From IMG/VR virus record IMGVR_UViG_3300015214_000001, positions 144,459 to 208,458 of that record: a stretch of DNA of 64,000 bases; one strand, given 5' to 3'. The DNA comes from a virus. Its lineage: Duplodnaviria; Caudoviricetes. Within the stretch, counting starts at the first letter, position 1. Every line of letters starts with the position of its first letter. A program made the translations under genes and the position numbers. Positions 50,145-61,229 of the stretch are shown here, in pieces. The notes under the pieces are model-generated. The model was not told where the DNA came from. It ran no database searches and saw only the letters and a program-made list of their open reading frames with translations.

Positions 50145-50181
50145 TTAAATTTCCTTGTGCTAATATTTAATCGTTAACAGC

Positions 50182-50211
50182 ACTATATATCGGGGGGGGT
50201 AGTTTTGTCAA
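50182..50211 (-). promoter_or_regulatory. TTGACA-18-TATAGT promoter with a C8 tract in the spacer
   Basis: G8 on + strand at 50192-50199. Confidence 0.6.
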
Positions 50212-50230
50212 TAACGATTTTACAATGTCA

Positions 50231-51532
50231 TTATCTCCAACCAGAGATAACTCTTAGCGCTCTCAATAACTCACCTTGAAAACGGTCGTCATCAATTCTA
50301 TATGCCTTCGGTTCTACATCGACACCATTAATTGTCAATAGTCGCCAATGTCGGCAGTTGCCAACGTTGAGAGTAACTGCTTTGCCATCAACATTGGTCA
50401 ATGATAATCTGCCTACTGGCTCTCTATCTGTAATCTGCAAGTGATACTGAGTAGTGATGCACATTTTACTCAAATAGGTAATCCCGCGCATTAGATCATC
50501 AATTGGACTTTGTGCATTATAAAAAAGCATAAGGACTGGCATCAGTGGATTGTTTGATAGTTTAATCAGCTGTTTAGTATGGGGTGTTTCGTACAACCAA
50601 GCTGAGACTGTTCTTGATTCGTCGCTCTTGTGCCAATAAGACAATGTATAGCCATGCTCATTTTTAACTTTATCAACACGGCCATATTGCCAAATGGGTG
50701 ATTGCATTGCAAATGTCATATTAACTTCTTGCATCAGTCGCCTTTGGTAATAACTCGATGCTGATCGGGTGAGCATGTGTCAAGTAATCGGCAAAACTTT
50801 CCTTAGTCATCATATCTACCCCGTCCATGCTGGAAAGCAATATATATTCACCGACTTTAAAATAGCCGATACGCCCTTGAAAATCCTGTGTCAGTTCTTT
50901 CTTCACTTCTGCAATGAGTTGGTCAATTTGTGCTATCTGAAACTCAAGGTCTTGTCTTTGTCGATTATTCTCAATATAGCGCTCAATTAACTCAGCAGTC
51001 ATCACCCCTTCTGGTATGCCATTCACATAATCAAACAGCAACGTTTCACTATGTAGATCATGTGTTTTCTGCTTAACGCTAGTCAGCAATTGAAGATTGT
51101 CGCATTGTGTCAAGATATATTGGATGTGTTCGGGAATATCAAACACATCTTCAATACGTGGCAATAGTTCAATTCGCTGATTAATTTCTTCACTGCTATT
51201 CATTGGTCTATCCCCGTTGTATGCTAATAGAGCTACGGCTTGCGTAACTGTTTATACGATTATAGCACGGATTATGAGCTAATTTTCGCAATATACGCAT
51301 TTAAAACCGCTTCAATATCGGCGGCAAGGTTATCACCGCTGTAGATCAGTTGATCGTCGGCTGACCAGCCGAACAGTCCTTGATTGACTTCATCAAACAC
51401 GCATGGATACCACCAGCGCGACTCGAATTCATTAATCGCAACATAGGCTTTTTTGTTGGTGGGGTTGCGCTTGCCTAGCGCGTTAATCATGCTATCCGCT
51501 AGGCGTTGGCTTGTTTTGATGTTCTCAAACAT
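50231..51532 (-). CDS. Hypothetical genes 50231..~50719, 50721..51203 and 51272..51532
   Basis: Packed ORFs with SD sequences. Confidence 0.55.
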
Positions 51533-51740
51533 AATTTATCCTTATTCTAAAGTTACAACAAACGTTCTATACATTGTGCCATAGGTGCTAAGAAAATATC
51601 AATCCTCAATATTTTTATTGTGTATTTTGCCCTATAGTTTTAGGTAGTTTTTCCCTCAAATTGATAATGTTAAGGGTTATATTTTGTTGTGCATTATGCT
51701 ATATTAGACCTATCGCAAGCTATAAGAAAGACTGTCTAAA

Positions 51741-52904
51741 ATGTCTGCTTTTGAGATAAATAAACGTTATATTCACTCAATGCCGATAGGCAACATATCA
51801 GATACAGGAATAAAGTTAATCTGTGAGTACCTGACAAACATTAGACCTAGTTCTGATGAATTGTGGAAACAAACCAATGTAGACCGACATTTACCTTATG
51901 TTCTATCAGGCTTACCTGATGACTGGTCTTATACTTGGCTAGTAACAGGACGCGGGGAATATGTAGGTACATTCCCAAAAAGAATCGCTAAATATTATTA
52001 CCAAACACACAAGATCAAAATGCCGTCGAGTATTTTATCTCAAATTGGCAATATTGCTAAAGATCATTCAAGTGATATTGCTACCTATGAGTTTGATTTT
52101 ACAGATACTTTTGATTGGCAATCAGGCGATTATGGCGATAGTGGTTCGTGCTATTGGGGTAGCTATAGTTCTGCTAAAGAACTATTGTCTAGTAATGGTG
52201 GTCTTGCCATCAGGTTTTACAAAGACAATCAGGGATATGGTAGGGCTTGGATTATGCCCCATAATGAGTGTTACTACTTATTCAATGGGTATGGCTTACA
52301 ATTAGTATCAATTGCAAGGATTTTATCATCATTCCTTAATTTGTCTTATAAGGCTATTAGGATTAGTGCTATTCGATATATATATATCAATGGCGGTAAT
52401 CAATACGTTGTAGGGGATGTATCGGCAATTGCTGACATTACAAGCTATCATATCAATGTTGATGGCGATATTGAAGATGAGGATAACCGTCAATGTGATT
52501 GTTGTGATGATACATACCACTATGATGATATGTATTATACAGAAGATGATTATTGTTTATGCGAATCATGCTATACACATGAGACAACAACTTGCTATGA
52601 TTGCAATTGCACATATTGGCATGATGATGATATGCGTTTTATTGAGAACATAAATAGTAACGTTTGTGAAAGTTGCTATGAGCAATCATACTCTATGTGT
52701 GATAGTTGTGCTGATTATTTTAGCAACGACGTGTTGACTAATACCAGTGGTGATGATTATGTTTGTGAAAGTTGCTTAGAAGAATATGCACATTGTGAAT
52801 CTTGTGAGCAATTAATCGAATCTAACAGATTGATAGAACATGACGACTTGAATTATTGCGAGTCGTGTTATGCCGAACTATCATTAGAAACAAGCGATGA
52901 TTAA
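51741..52904 (+). CDS. Hypothetical protein with C-terminal tandem CxxC (Zn-ribbon) repeats
   Basis: CDCC, CESC, CYDC, CESC, CDSC, CESC, CESC, CESC in the last ~140 aa. Confidence 0.7.
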   Translation: MSAFEINKRYIHSMPIGNISDTGIKLICEYLTNIRPSSDELWKQTNVDRHLPYVLSGLPDDWSYTWLVTGRGEYVGTFPKRIAKYYYQTHKIKMPSSILSQIGNIAKDHSSDIATYEFDFTDTFDWQSGDYGDSGSCYWGSYSSAKELLSSNGGLAIRFYKDNQGYGRAWIMPHNECYYLFNGYGLQLVSIARILSSFLNLSYKAIRISAIRYIYINGGNQYVVGDVSAIADITSYHINVDGDIEDEDNRQCDCCDDTYHYDDMYYTEDDYCLCESCYTHETTTCYDCNCTYWHDDDMRFIENINSNVCESCYEQSYSMCDSCADYFSNDVLTNTSGDDYVCESCLEEYAHCESCEQLIESNRLIEHDDLNYCESCYAELSLETSDD

Positions 52905-52913
52905 TTAGCTTTA

Positions 52914-52949
52914 AAAACCGTCATAGATTATTATGGCGGTTTTATTTTT
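52914..52949 (+). terminator. Intrinsic terminator AAAACCGTCATA...TATGGCGGTTTT
   Basis: Stem plus T-tract after 52904. Confidence 0.7.
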
Positions 52950-52960
52950 AGTATCACTCA

Positions 52961-53124
52961 GAACAAAAGTTTTAAAAATAAAATAACCCCATTCTGAACT
53001 ATTAGCGAAACAGTTTAGAACAAATGTTCTGATCGTAAAATCGGCGTGATAAAAAGTTTGAGTGTTAGAACAAATATTCTGATTATTAGTAATTTTTTAA
53101 GATTAATTAATAGAACATTTGTTC
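52961..53124. promoter_or_regulatory. Cluster of four GAAC-N4-GTTC (LexA/Cheo-box-like) sites
   Basis: GAACAAAAGTTT 52961, GAACAAATGTTC 53018, GAACAAATATTC 53068, GAACATTTGTTC 53113. Confidence 0.65.
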
Positions 53125-53150
53125 TCGTTTTGCGGCATTACACTGATTGG

Positions 53151-54832
53151 TTAGATCAGTGTAATTTGATTTGAGCCGATACTGCCGATAAGTTGTTGAC
53201 GCAAGAGGGTTAGACGTTGAATTTCATCGTTGATTGCGCCGATACAAACATCGTGTTTTTCTTTTACTTTGACATGGGTTTCCATTTTGTCGATTAGACC
53301 GCTAGACGACGCATAGCGGACATGACGGGGTGTTTGATACTCTTTGACTACAAACCGATTGTGTATTTCTTCATCTAAAGCAGACACGGATAATTGCACA
53401 GAGGGGTCAATCTGAAACTTATCGGCAATAGAACCATCAAGTACATTATAAATATATCCAAGTGATAATCGAATAGCTAGGCGTTGAATTTCTTCGACTT
53501 TGCCCCATCGAGAGTTGATATGCACGCTATATTGACCATTAGCATCAATAGCTACATTAGGATCAACCTCTCCACTTCCCAAAGTAAATGGCAAATGATA
53601 CGCATTATTCACAAGTGTAACTTCCATCGGACATTTGATGAAAGCATCAGGCGATAGTGCCTTGATTTTATTGTCAAGAATAAGCGCATATATATTCGAT
53701 AGGGTGACATATTCTTCTATAAAGAAATAGTAGTGTTGTTGAATTGATCCCACATTCATCAACCAATTCAAATCATCAATCATCTTCTGACACGTATCGG
53801 CTGATACCAATGGATATTGATTGATGAGGTCAATATCTTCATTTGATAGACCAGCTACACTATATGATAATGTATGCCGCCAGCCTCGAGATGGATTATA
53901 ACGCCACACTAATGGATGTATGCCAGTCACCACATATGCTAAACGTGCAGAGTATTCAAAATACCATTCAAGATCATTATCAGAAGTTCCAAAACCTTCA
54001 ACAAACTGCCATATACCATCCTCATGCTGGTAGTGCTTAAGTTCTTCTGTTAGTGTAAGCTGCTTAGTATAGAACCATGACATTTCTAATGGCATTAGAT
54101 TGAATCCTTATTTTGTGTGTCTAACCAGTTGACCAATTTGTTATAAATCAAATCAGGCGTATCATAGAACCCGCGCACACCACCGTAATGATAATGCCCA
54201 AATACATGGGTTAAAGTAATGAGGAATAAGTGCTTATGATAACCCAACAATGAACCATGAAAATCATAGTTAACACCGATGTTTACACTATCGTCACCAT
54301 TGACGATATGGCGGCGCTCAACACTGATAGTTATGCAATCTTCATTAACAATTGTGACCAGACCTTCATCATTAGGATAAAACAGCTTATCAAGTGCTGA
54401 TAGAATGTTAGATGATAAACGAATAGATGCTTTACGTTCAAATGTTAAGTTATCTGGACTTGGAATTAATGCCACAATATCATCTGACTGTGAATATTCC
54501 CTGAAAAAACGTATCAGTTCTGAGATTGACTTATCATCTGCATTTCCGTCCCAGTAGATAATTTTTTGATCTTCATCAAGGAAGTCAAAGCCACCTCTAA
54601 TGCCTTCCAACACACCTGCACTAAAATCTATATCATATGCGTGAATGAATATAGCGCCTTTAAAGTAGGGGTCTAACGGTTGGTACACTGTAATGTCGCC
54701 TTTTTGCCAATTATTATACCCATGTGTCGAGCCTTCTTCTGGCTGGAATTGTTTATACTTATTGAATTCATCAACAATGCGTTCAATAACAGCCTTACTG
54801 ATTGCCACTTCAAAGTAATTTTCTCGTTGCAT
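53151..54832 (-). CDS. Two hypothetical proteins (53151..54095 and 54095..54832)
   Basis: TAATG-coupled long ORFs. Confidence 0.6.
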
Positions 54833-54847
54833 TCCTATTCCTTCTTT

Positions 54848-55210
54848 CTAGTTGTTGTCGCTATCGGCACATTGACCGATAACGCTGTCAACTGCTTGGC
54901 GATGAACTGGGTTTGAATAATACTCATCAGCATTGTTGATAACTCGCTGAATAAGACTTAATCCTACAGGGGTTATTTTATCGGGATTAATAACTAACAA
55001 CCGCTTCACAGCATCGGCGTTAAACGCCCCTACAAGCTGACCAATGGCTTTATTGACAAATGGCGTACAGATTACACGAACATTCGTAAAATCAAGCTCT
55101 ATGGGGCTGTTTTGGTTGATATATGGCGTAATCAGATCGTAGACCTTATCACCAGCATCTAATGTGATACAAAATTCACCGACTACAGCGCCAACGTTGA
55201 TTATTTCCAT
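54848..55210 (-). CDS. STAS-like (DUF4325-type) domain protein
   Basis: GEFCITLDAGDKVYDLI..IELDFTNVRVICTPFVNKAIGQL. Confidence 0.7.
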   Translation of the reverse strand: MEIINVGAVVGEFCITLDAGDKVYDLITPYINQNSPIELDFTNVRVICTPFVNKAIGQLVGAFNADAVKRLLVINPDKITPVGLSLIQRVINNADEYYSNPVHRQAVDSVIGQCADSDNN

Positions 55211-55257
55211 TTTAATCTCTCCTAAATAACCCCATAATGATACATGAATAGTGCTGT

Positions 55258-56714
55258 TTAATCTACCCTCAATACGATGTGTTCTTCAATATATTTTATT
55301 ATCAATGGCAGGTTGGAAGTTGATAGTACAACTGCACCATCTGACAGCACAGAGTCGTGCCAGCGCAAACAGAACATCGGCATAGATTTTTTGTCGATAT
55401 ATAAAGACAGAGCTTCATCTGACACAATACCATCAACAATTGATCTAAAGATAACTTTATGTTGACAGTCAAGTAACGTCAGAAAATGGTCAGCATGAAG
55501 ATCAACTAACTTCAGTTGGTTAATCTCATCTTGAACAGCGGTGAAATAATCGTCTTTCTTCTGATCTCTGATAATTGCTAAGATCAATTTGACAATCTGA
55601 AAACTAACTTTGCTTGATGGGGACATAATTTAATCTTTCGTTACTAGGTTATCTAATGGGCGTTCTATGCGCGTGTTGGCTTTTAGTTGGCGGGATGTGA
55701 TGATATTGGTAGCTAATGTTGTTAAGCTGTTAACTACCCTCTCCTGCGGCCCGCGAAAGTAAATCTTTTCAGGTGTGATTAAATCAGCAAACGACAACAA
55801 CTCACTAGGATTATCTGCCAGATTAATTGCACCAAGCCAACTATCGCCGCCTTTTTCTGCGACGTTCGCAATAACCGCTAATTGTATATAGCTATCACCA
55901 TATAGCGCTATGATTGCATGTTGGTGTTCGTCGGTGTTGGCGCACTCTGTTCCCAAGATTGCTGGATACATTGACATTTAATTATTCTCCCCTGATTAAG
56001 TGTTTTGATAGTGATTGCACGAATACTTCGTTGTGTCGATGTTGCGACAACAACTCGACTGCTGAGTACATTTCATCGCTATCATCTTCTGCCAATAGCG
56101 ACAAACAAAGAAGGTCAAATAATCGGCTATCCGCAGATAAAATCGCTTCTTCAAATTGTTCTACGTTGTTTTTATCGGCGCTCGGGTTATATAAATTATC
56201 TACTAAGCCTTGTAAGGCTACGCGATCACTACTCATCATCTTTCAGCCTTTCTCTTGTTGAGAAGTCAATGTCCCCACGAAGTTCTCTGATTAGTTCTTC
56301 GCTTGTTGCACCATCAGGGAAAAGACCAGCCAATACGCCTCTTGCTTTGCGATAGTCGGCTATCTCTTGTTTTGGCATTTCCCACATGGTTACTTGATCT
56401 TTAAGCACATTCACGATCATCTGACAGTCAGCAGCATCAGCTAGAGCTAGTTCAACAGCTATGCTTGCCTGATCTGTTCTTGGTTGTCTCAATATAATGT
56501 GCTTACTGAGCCTTCGATAGTGCTGAGATGTCCATCGTTTCTTACTAGCGCTAAACCATGTCACCTCAATAACATCCATCCAATCTAGTTCTGCATCATC
56601 AATGTAGTTGACATTTGTTACAATGCCGACGCAACCCTTATCTACATAGGGGATTGATGACGCACATACAACAATGTCGGAAATCATATAGTATCCTGGC
56701 CTGTCTGTTTCCAT
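55258..56714 (-). CDS. Hypothetical genes 55258..55626, 55630..55977, 55982..56239 and 56229..56714
   Basis: Packed operon-like ORFs. Confidence 0.55.
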
Positions 56715-56815
56715 GTATTCCCCTTCTTGTTATGAAATGTGCTACGCCTAAAACAAGACATAGTACATTATAAGTTAGATTTGATTATACTTGGTTTGAT
56801 GGCTATTTACTATAG

Positions 56816-57526
56816 CTATTCATCAATTAAATGATCTGGCAACCAACTGACGGGTTCAACATCCCCAACATAAATGCCAGTATAACCATAACCTGCAAGC
56901 CAAAGACCTACTACTAGCGCGTTGGGGAAATAATTAAATTGGCGCACGTTCATCTCATCATCATCAAAGTTAAATAAATGACAATGATAAGGAAAATCGG
57001 CGGATGGCCAATTAACATGAGATACATCTAGCATTAAGCGACCATACATAATTTGATACTGATTACCTGTCAAGCCAGCTTCTCTGTTGAGGTCAGACTC
57101 ACCATAACCATACCCTTTAACGTGTCTCCAACCCCACATTCCAAACCAGTTTACGGCAGTAGGTTCAGAATGATACATTAAGTTTACTAGCATCGCCATG
57201 ACAACAACAGTTATATCATTGATGATTGTTTGAAACTGCTCCTTGTTAGGTTGTTCAAGTGCGACATTCATGCTGTTAAAACCATCACATCTTTGGAAGT
57301 CTTGGTTCATATGTATGTCGATACGTTCCGAAGAAATAAAAATATTGTAATCGGCAAACATCAATACGAATTGCCCTCTGTCTTTTAAGAACCAACGGAA
57401 ACTAACCCCATCCATATCATTGATAGACTGGATAACACCATCTACTCTCTCATCAGCGATACCCCGATGAATATTCCACAACACATCGAGTTGCTCTTGC
57501 GTGAAACGGCTCTCCGCTTTATTCAT
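56816..57526 (-). CDS. Hypothetical protein, paralog of 57618..58313
   Basis: T.EQ...LWNI at the N-terminus, VGLWLAGY.Y at the C-terminus. Confidence 0.6.
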   Translation of the reverse strand: MNKAESRFTQEQLDVLWNIHRGIADERVDGVIQSINDMDGVSFRWFLKDRGQFVLMFADYNIFISSERIDIHMNQDFQRCDGFNSMNVALEQPNKEQFQTIINDITVVVMAMLVNLMYHSEPTAVNWFGMWGWRHVKGYGYGESDLNREAGLTGNQYQIMYGRLMLDVSHVNWPSADFPYHCHLFNFDDDEMNVRQFNYFPNALVVGLWLAGYGYTGIYVGDVEPVSWLPDHLIDE

Positions 57527-57566
57527 TATGTTTTTCCTCTCGTAAGTTATTTGTTCTGTGAAGTGA

Positions 57567-57593
57567 ATTTTACCCCCCCATTACAAATGTCAA
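57567..57593 (-). promoter_or_regulatory. TTGACA-15-TAAAAT promoter with G7 in the spacer
   Basis: C7 on + strand at 57573-57579. Confidence 0.6.
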
Positions 57594-57617
57594 GGGAGAG
57601 GTAAATCATAGAGGGGG

Positions 57618-58313
57618 TTATCTTACGGAAGGATCATGGCCTTTAGCGTAATCATATCCAGCAAGCCATAAGCCGACTGAAAGTTCTTCGGCACTGCTAT
57701 CTACAACGTGACGCGCAGTAATTTCGCCGTCGTTATTAGTTTCTTCAAAAATATACTTTAGCCAATTAACTGAATAGTCATAAGACACGCTTCTTGATTT
57801 GTCGGCATAGTCCACAGTTACTCTGACATGCTTCGCTTCCGATCCATTAATGCCATATAATTTGTCAGAAACAACTGTTAGTTGCTTCTCGTATCCGCGC
57901 ATCCACTGAACCAAGTCGCGCAATGACAAATTACCAGGTGTCCATGCCTCATCCTCATAGAAGAACATATCTGTAGAACACATTAACGCAGGCAGTCGAA
58001 TGTCAGTCAAAAGTGCCTTGAACACCCAGAATGGGATACCTGTTAAGTGCCAGTCGGCAATATCAAAGCCACCGTCAACGGGTGTAATTATCTTTACGAT
58101 ATAGTAATCCTCTTGGGCAACAATTCTATACTCTGCTGGCCGACCTTCGCTAGGTAATGTTTGAATCACGAAAGAATTTTCTTTCTCGTTGAATGGTTGA
58201 AGCGCCCCATCACTAATAAGCTCATCAAGACAACTATCCCATTTGCTATCTTTGATATTCCATAATGCTTGTATTTGTTCATCGGTTAAAGGTGTAGAGG
58301 TAAACATCGTCAT
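57618..58313 (-). CDS. Hypothetical protein, paralog of 56816..57526
   Basis: Same shared terminal motifs. Confidence 0.6.
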   Translation of the reverse strand: MTMFTSTPLTDEQIQALWNIKDSKWDSCLDELISDGALQPFNEKENSFVIQTLPSEGRPAEYRIVAQEDYYIVKIITPVDGGFDIADWHLTGIPFWVFKALLTDIRLPALMCSTDMFFYEDEAWTPGNLSLRDLVQWMRGYEKQLTVVSDKLYGINGSEAKHVRVTVDYADKSRSVSYDYSVNWLKYIFEETNNDGEITARHVVDSSAEELSVGLWLAGYDYAKGHDPSVR

Positions 58314-59098
58314 TATTCCTTTTCTGGTTTTTGTCTTGGGTCGAATACCTTTATTTTTTGGAAATTAGCATCATAAAACGCTCTAAGTAAGCGCTCTAAG
58401 CCTTGAGTAGTTGTACAAGAGCGATATTCGTACTGAGGGTTACTTATCGACTTCTTTTGCCCTAACATATACCTTTTGGGTTCATACCAGCCGACAATGC
58501 GCGGCTCATTACTACCAATCCCCTCAGCGATAAGTGTTAATGAATCTGCGACGATAATATCATCTAAAAATTCAAAACTCAGCATCTTTTGATTAGGGCC
58601 GACAATATGCGGCGATAGCACAACGTGGTAAAAGGTATTGTATCCTAGCAACTTACTCTTTAATGCGCGTTCTCTTTGCTCAAGATCATCATGCTTGATC
58701 CCTAGTAGCAAGTCAAAAATACAATCGAATTTCCAAGTGTCAAAATTTCTAAGAATATAGGAGGTTTCCATAGGGCCAACCATATCATCTGTATATTTAA
58801 TGACAACTTCGTCTGTTTTATTGCCGATTGTCAAGGCGTTACTATCGCGTGTCCATGTGACATAATAATCACCTAGCAATTTAAGGCTGAACACTTCGCC
58901 AGATGAAGTTACTTCGCTTGTAAAATCTGGTCGATCAGCAATCCATTCCTTGAAAAACACTTCTCTGCGTGTCACATCTTGATACGATATGTAATCGGCA
59001 AAAATACTGTGTGCATCAATGAGCTTCATTATGCTTGATCCTAGTAAACTACAGAAAGGGGTAAAAACGTGGAACTCCACGTTTTTGTTAATAGACAA
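58313..59098 (-). CDS. Hypothetical protein (start likely MKLIDAH, ~59029)
   Basis: Long ORF; the annotated N-terminus overlaps palindrome copy 4. Confidence 0.55.
   Translation of the reverse strand: MSINKNVEFHVFTPFCSLLGSSIMKLIDAHSIFADYISYQDVTRREVFFKEWIADRPDFTSEVTSSGEVFSLKLLGDYYVTWTRDSNALTIGNKTDEVVIKYTDDMVGPMETSYILRNFDTWKFDCIFDLLLGIKHDDLEQRERALKSKLLGYNTFYHVVLSPHIVGPNQKMLSFEFLDDIIVADSLTLIAEGIGSNEPRIVGWYEPKRYMLGQKKSISNPQYEYRSCTTTQGLERLLRAFYDANFQKIKVFDPRQKPEKE
59063..59086. repeat. Palindrome AAAAACGTGGA-AC-TCCACGTTTTT (copy 4)
   Basis: Perfect copy immediately after the stop of 59088..60005. Confidence 0.85.
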
Positions 59099-61229
59099 AA
59101 GGCGCTTGGTGAGGCTTAATATTCAATTGTGCCATCAATGATCCTAATTCAGGCAATTGTTTGACGTATGTTTTATCAGATGTCTTGACTTCATACCACA
59201 CCCCACTACCTAACTCTTTCCTTTTAGTGATGGTGATGTTGGTATCGGCAACTCTGATTGGCTTATTGTCAATCAACACTTCCTTTGCCCACCAGTTCCA
59301 GAAGATATAATTCAGGTTTGCTGGTGTAATCGGATAATCATAAAATGCAATTTCTGTTTCATCAGCAAACGCAACTACATTTGACTGACCATCTTCAATC
59401 GCGCTTTTCTCACTGGGTCTAATGAGGTAATCAACTTCTACTAAGTTTCCGTCAATGGGGTCAAATAATAGTTGTCGATTAAATGGTGGAAAGTTACGGG
59501 TTTCCCACACCGTATTTCGCTTGACCTTATGCCATAACGGATGTAATACGCCATAGACCGCATTAGCGTCTTGAAATGACGCAGTATTATTTAATAGCGT
59601 AATAAAAGCTGGCACTCTTTCCCATTCATATGTCTTTTCAGAGCGATATTTACTGATTAAATGCTGTGCATCTTTATACGCAATAATGCTCTGGATTAGG
59701 TTCTCACGGTTGCTAATGGGTTCTTTGCTATCAGATGTGCGATCATATAATAATCGGTCAACTGATACATATAACTCATCGCCAATCGTTATCCCGTGTC
59801 CAGCATTTAATACCGATAAGAAATCATGGTAGACATCGGCATTGACTTTATCAAACTGGACATCCTCTCCATATGTTGCGATCAATGTATCCTCATATTC
59901 CAACCGCAACTCAATCTCATAGCTATCAACTAAATATATCTGATAGCCCTCGGGCCATGTCCAGTTCTTGCGCTGCTTTAAAAAATCAATAAAGTTGTCG
60001 TTCACAGTGAGCCTTTCAATGGTGCGAACATTTGTTTTAGGTGCTTATTTTATCAGGATGTCTTACTATCTATTAATGTCAACTATAGGGGTGAGCAAAG
60101 CACACTGAATACTGTTCTTTATCAGCGTGCTTTGTTATCTAGTCCTTAATGGTAATTGTCTTAATACCAGTCCATTTACGTCTTACTCGTGGCTCATAGT
60201 CTAAATGCACCAAGAGTTGCAGATCATCGCTATCTTCATAGTATTGGTCAAACAGATCAGAGTTAAATAGGATATAGTGCAGATGGCCGATTGTTGTTTT
60301 AATTGCTCCATCCGCAAATTGGCTTGTTAGTTCACGGAACGCACTTAGTTCTTTCTCTAACCGTTCACCGCGTGCAAATTGCTGATAGAGCATAGAGAGG
60401 CTACGCATGAAGGTGAAATCCCTTGATAGTGCCTCTTTGCTATTACCGTTAAATCCCCATCGCAGATCAACTAGAGGAAATTTACTGTTATCCTTCTGAG
60501 CTTTCAATACGATGAAAGCCGACACAACCCCTTTGCTAACTAAATTTGTTTTGTCGTCTAACTCTATGTGACAAGAATATGTCATATCATCCACGCGCTT
60601 AGTATTCCAAGCCTGAATAATATTAGAGCGCTTCAACGGATATGATGAGTTCTTGATCCAGAATGTCCGAATGCCCATATCTGTTCTAAATACTGGGCTA
60701 CGCAGTTTCACATTGCTGCCTTCTGACCATGTATTAAATCCATTTGTTAATGTCATTGTTGACCTCCTTTTTCACTTGTTAAGGGTGGGATTTGCTTATG
60801 AGCCACCATGCACTTAATGATCGTCTCTCTGTGGTCATCAAGATAACCAGCTATATCATCAGCGTCATATGGAGAGAAACGGCTTTGATGGACACTAGCT
60901 CTCACAATAATGTTTTTAGCAATTGGTGAAAATTCCACCAAGCCGACATAGAACCCGCGATGGTTAGTCAGTTGAGCCTCACGCCAACCATATACCATCA
61001 GCTTAGTTTCCTTGTTATGTCGATGCGCTAAAAACACAGCATACTGGATGTCACTATTGCTATTCATAAAGATGGTTGGAGCTTCATCTTTGATGGTATT
61101 CAGCGCGGAGCAATAGATATTGTTCTTGATTGCATATTCAGTTGGTGTCCATTTCTCATGATTATCTTCATAATCATATAGCTTTTGAATTGCTTCAATG
61201 AATTTATTCTTGTCGTTAACTCCTAGCAT
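59088..61229 (-). CDS. Hypothetical genes 59088..60005, 60139..60756 and 60753..61229
   Basis: Long ORFs with SD sequences. Confidence 0.6.

Noticed and set aside
52961-53124. Regularly spaced repeats considered as a mini-CRISPR array
   Set aside because: Repeat core is only 12-19 bp, degenerate, variably oriented and irregularly spaced; no cas genes
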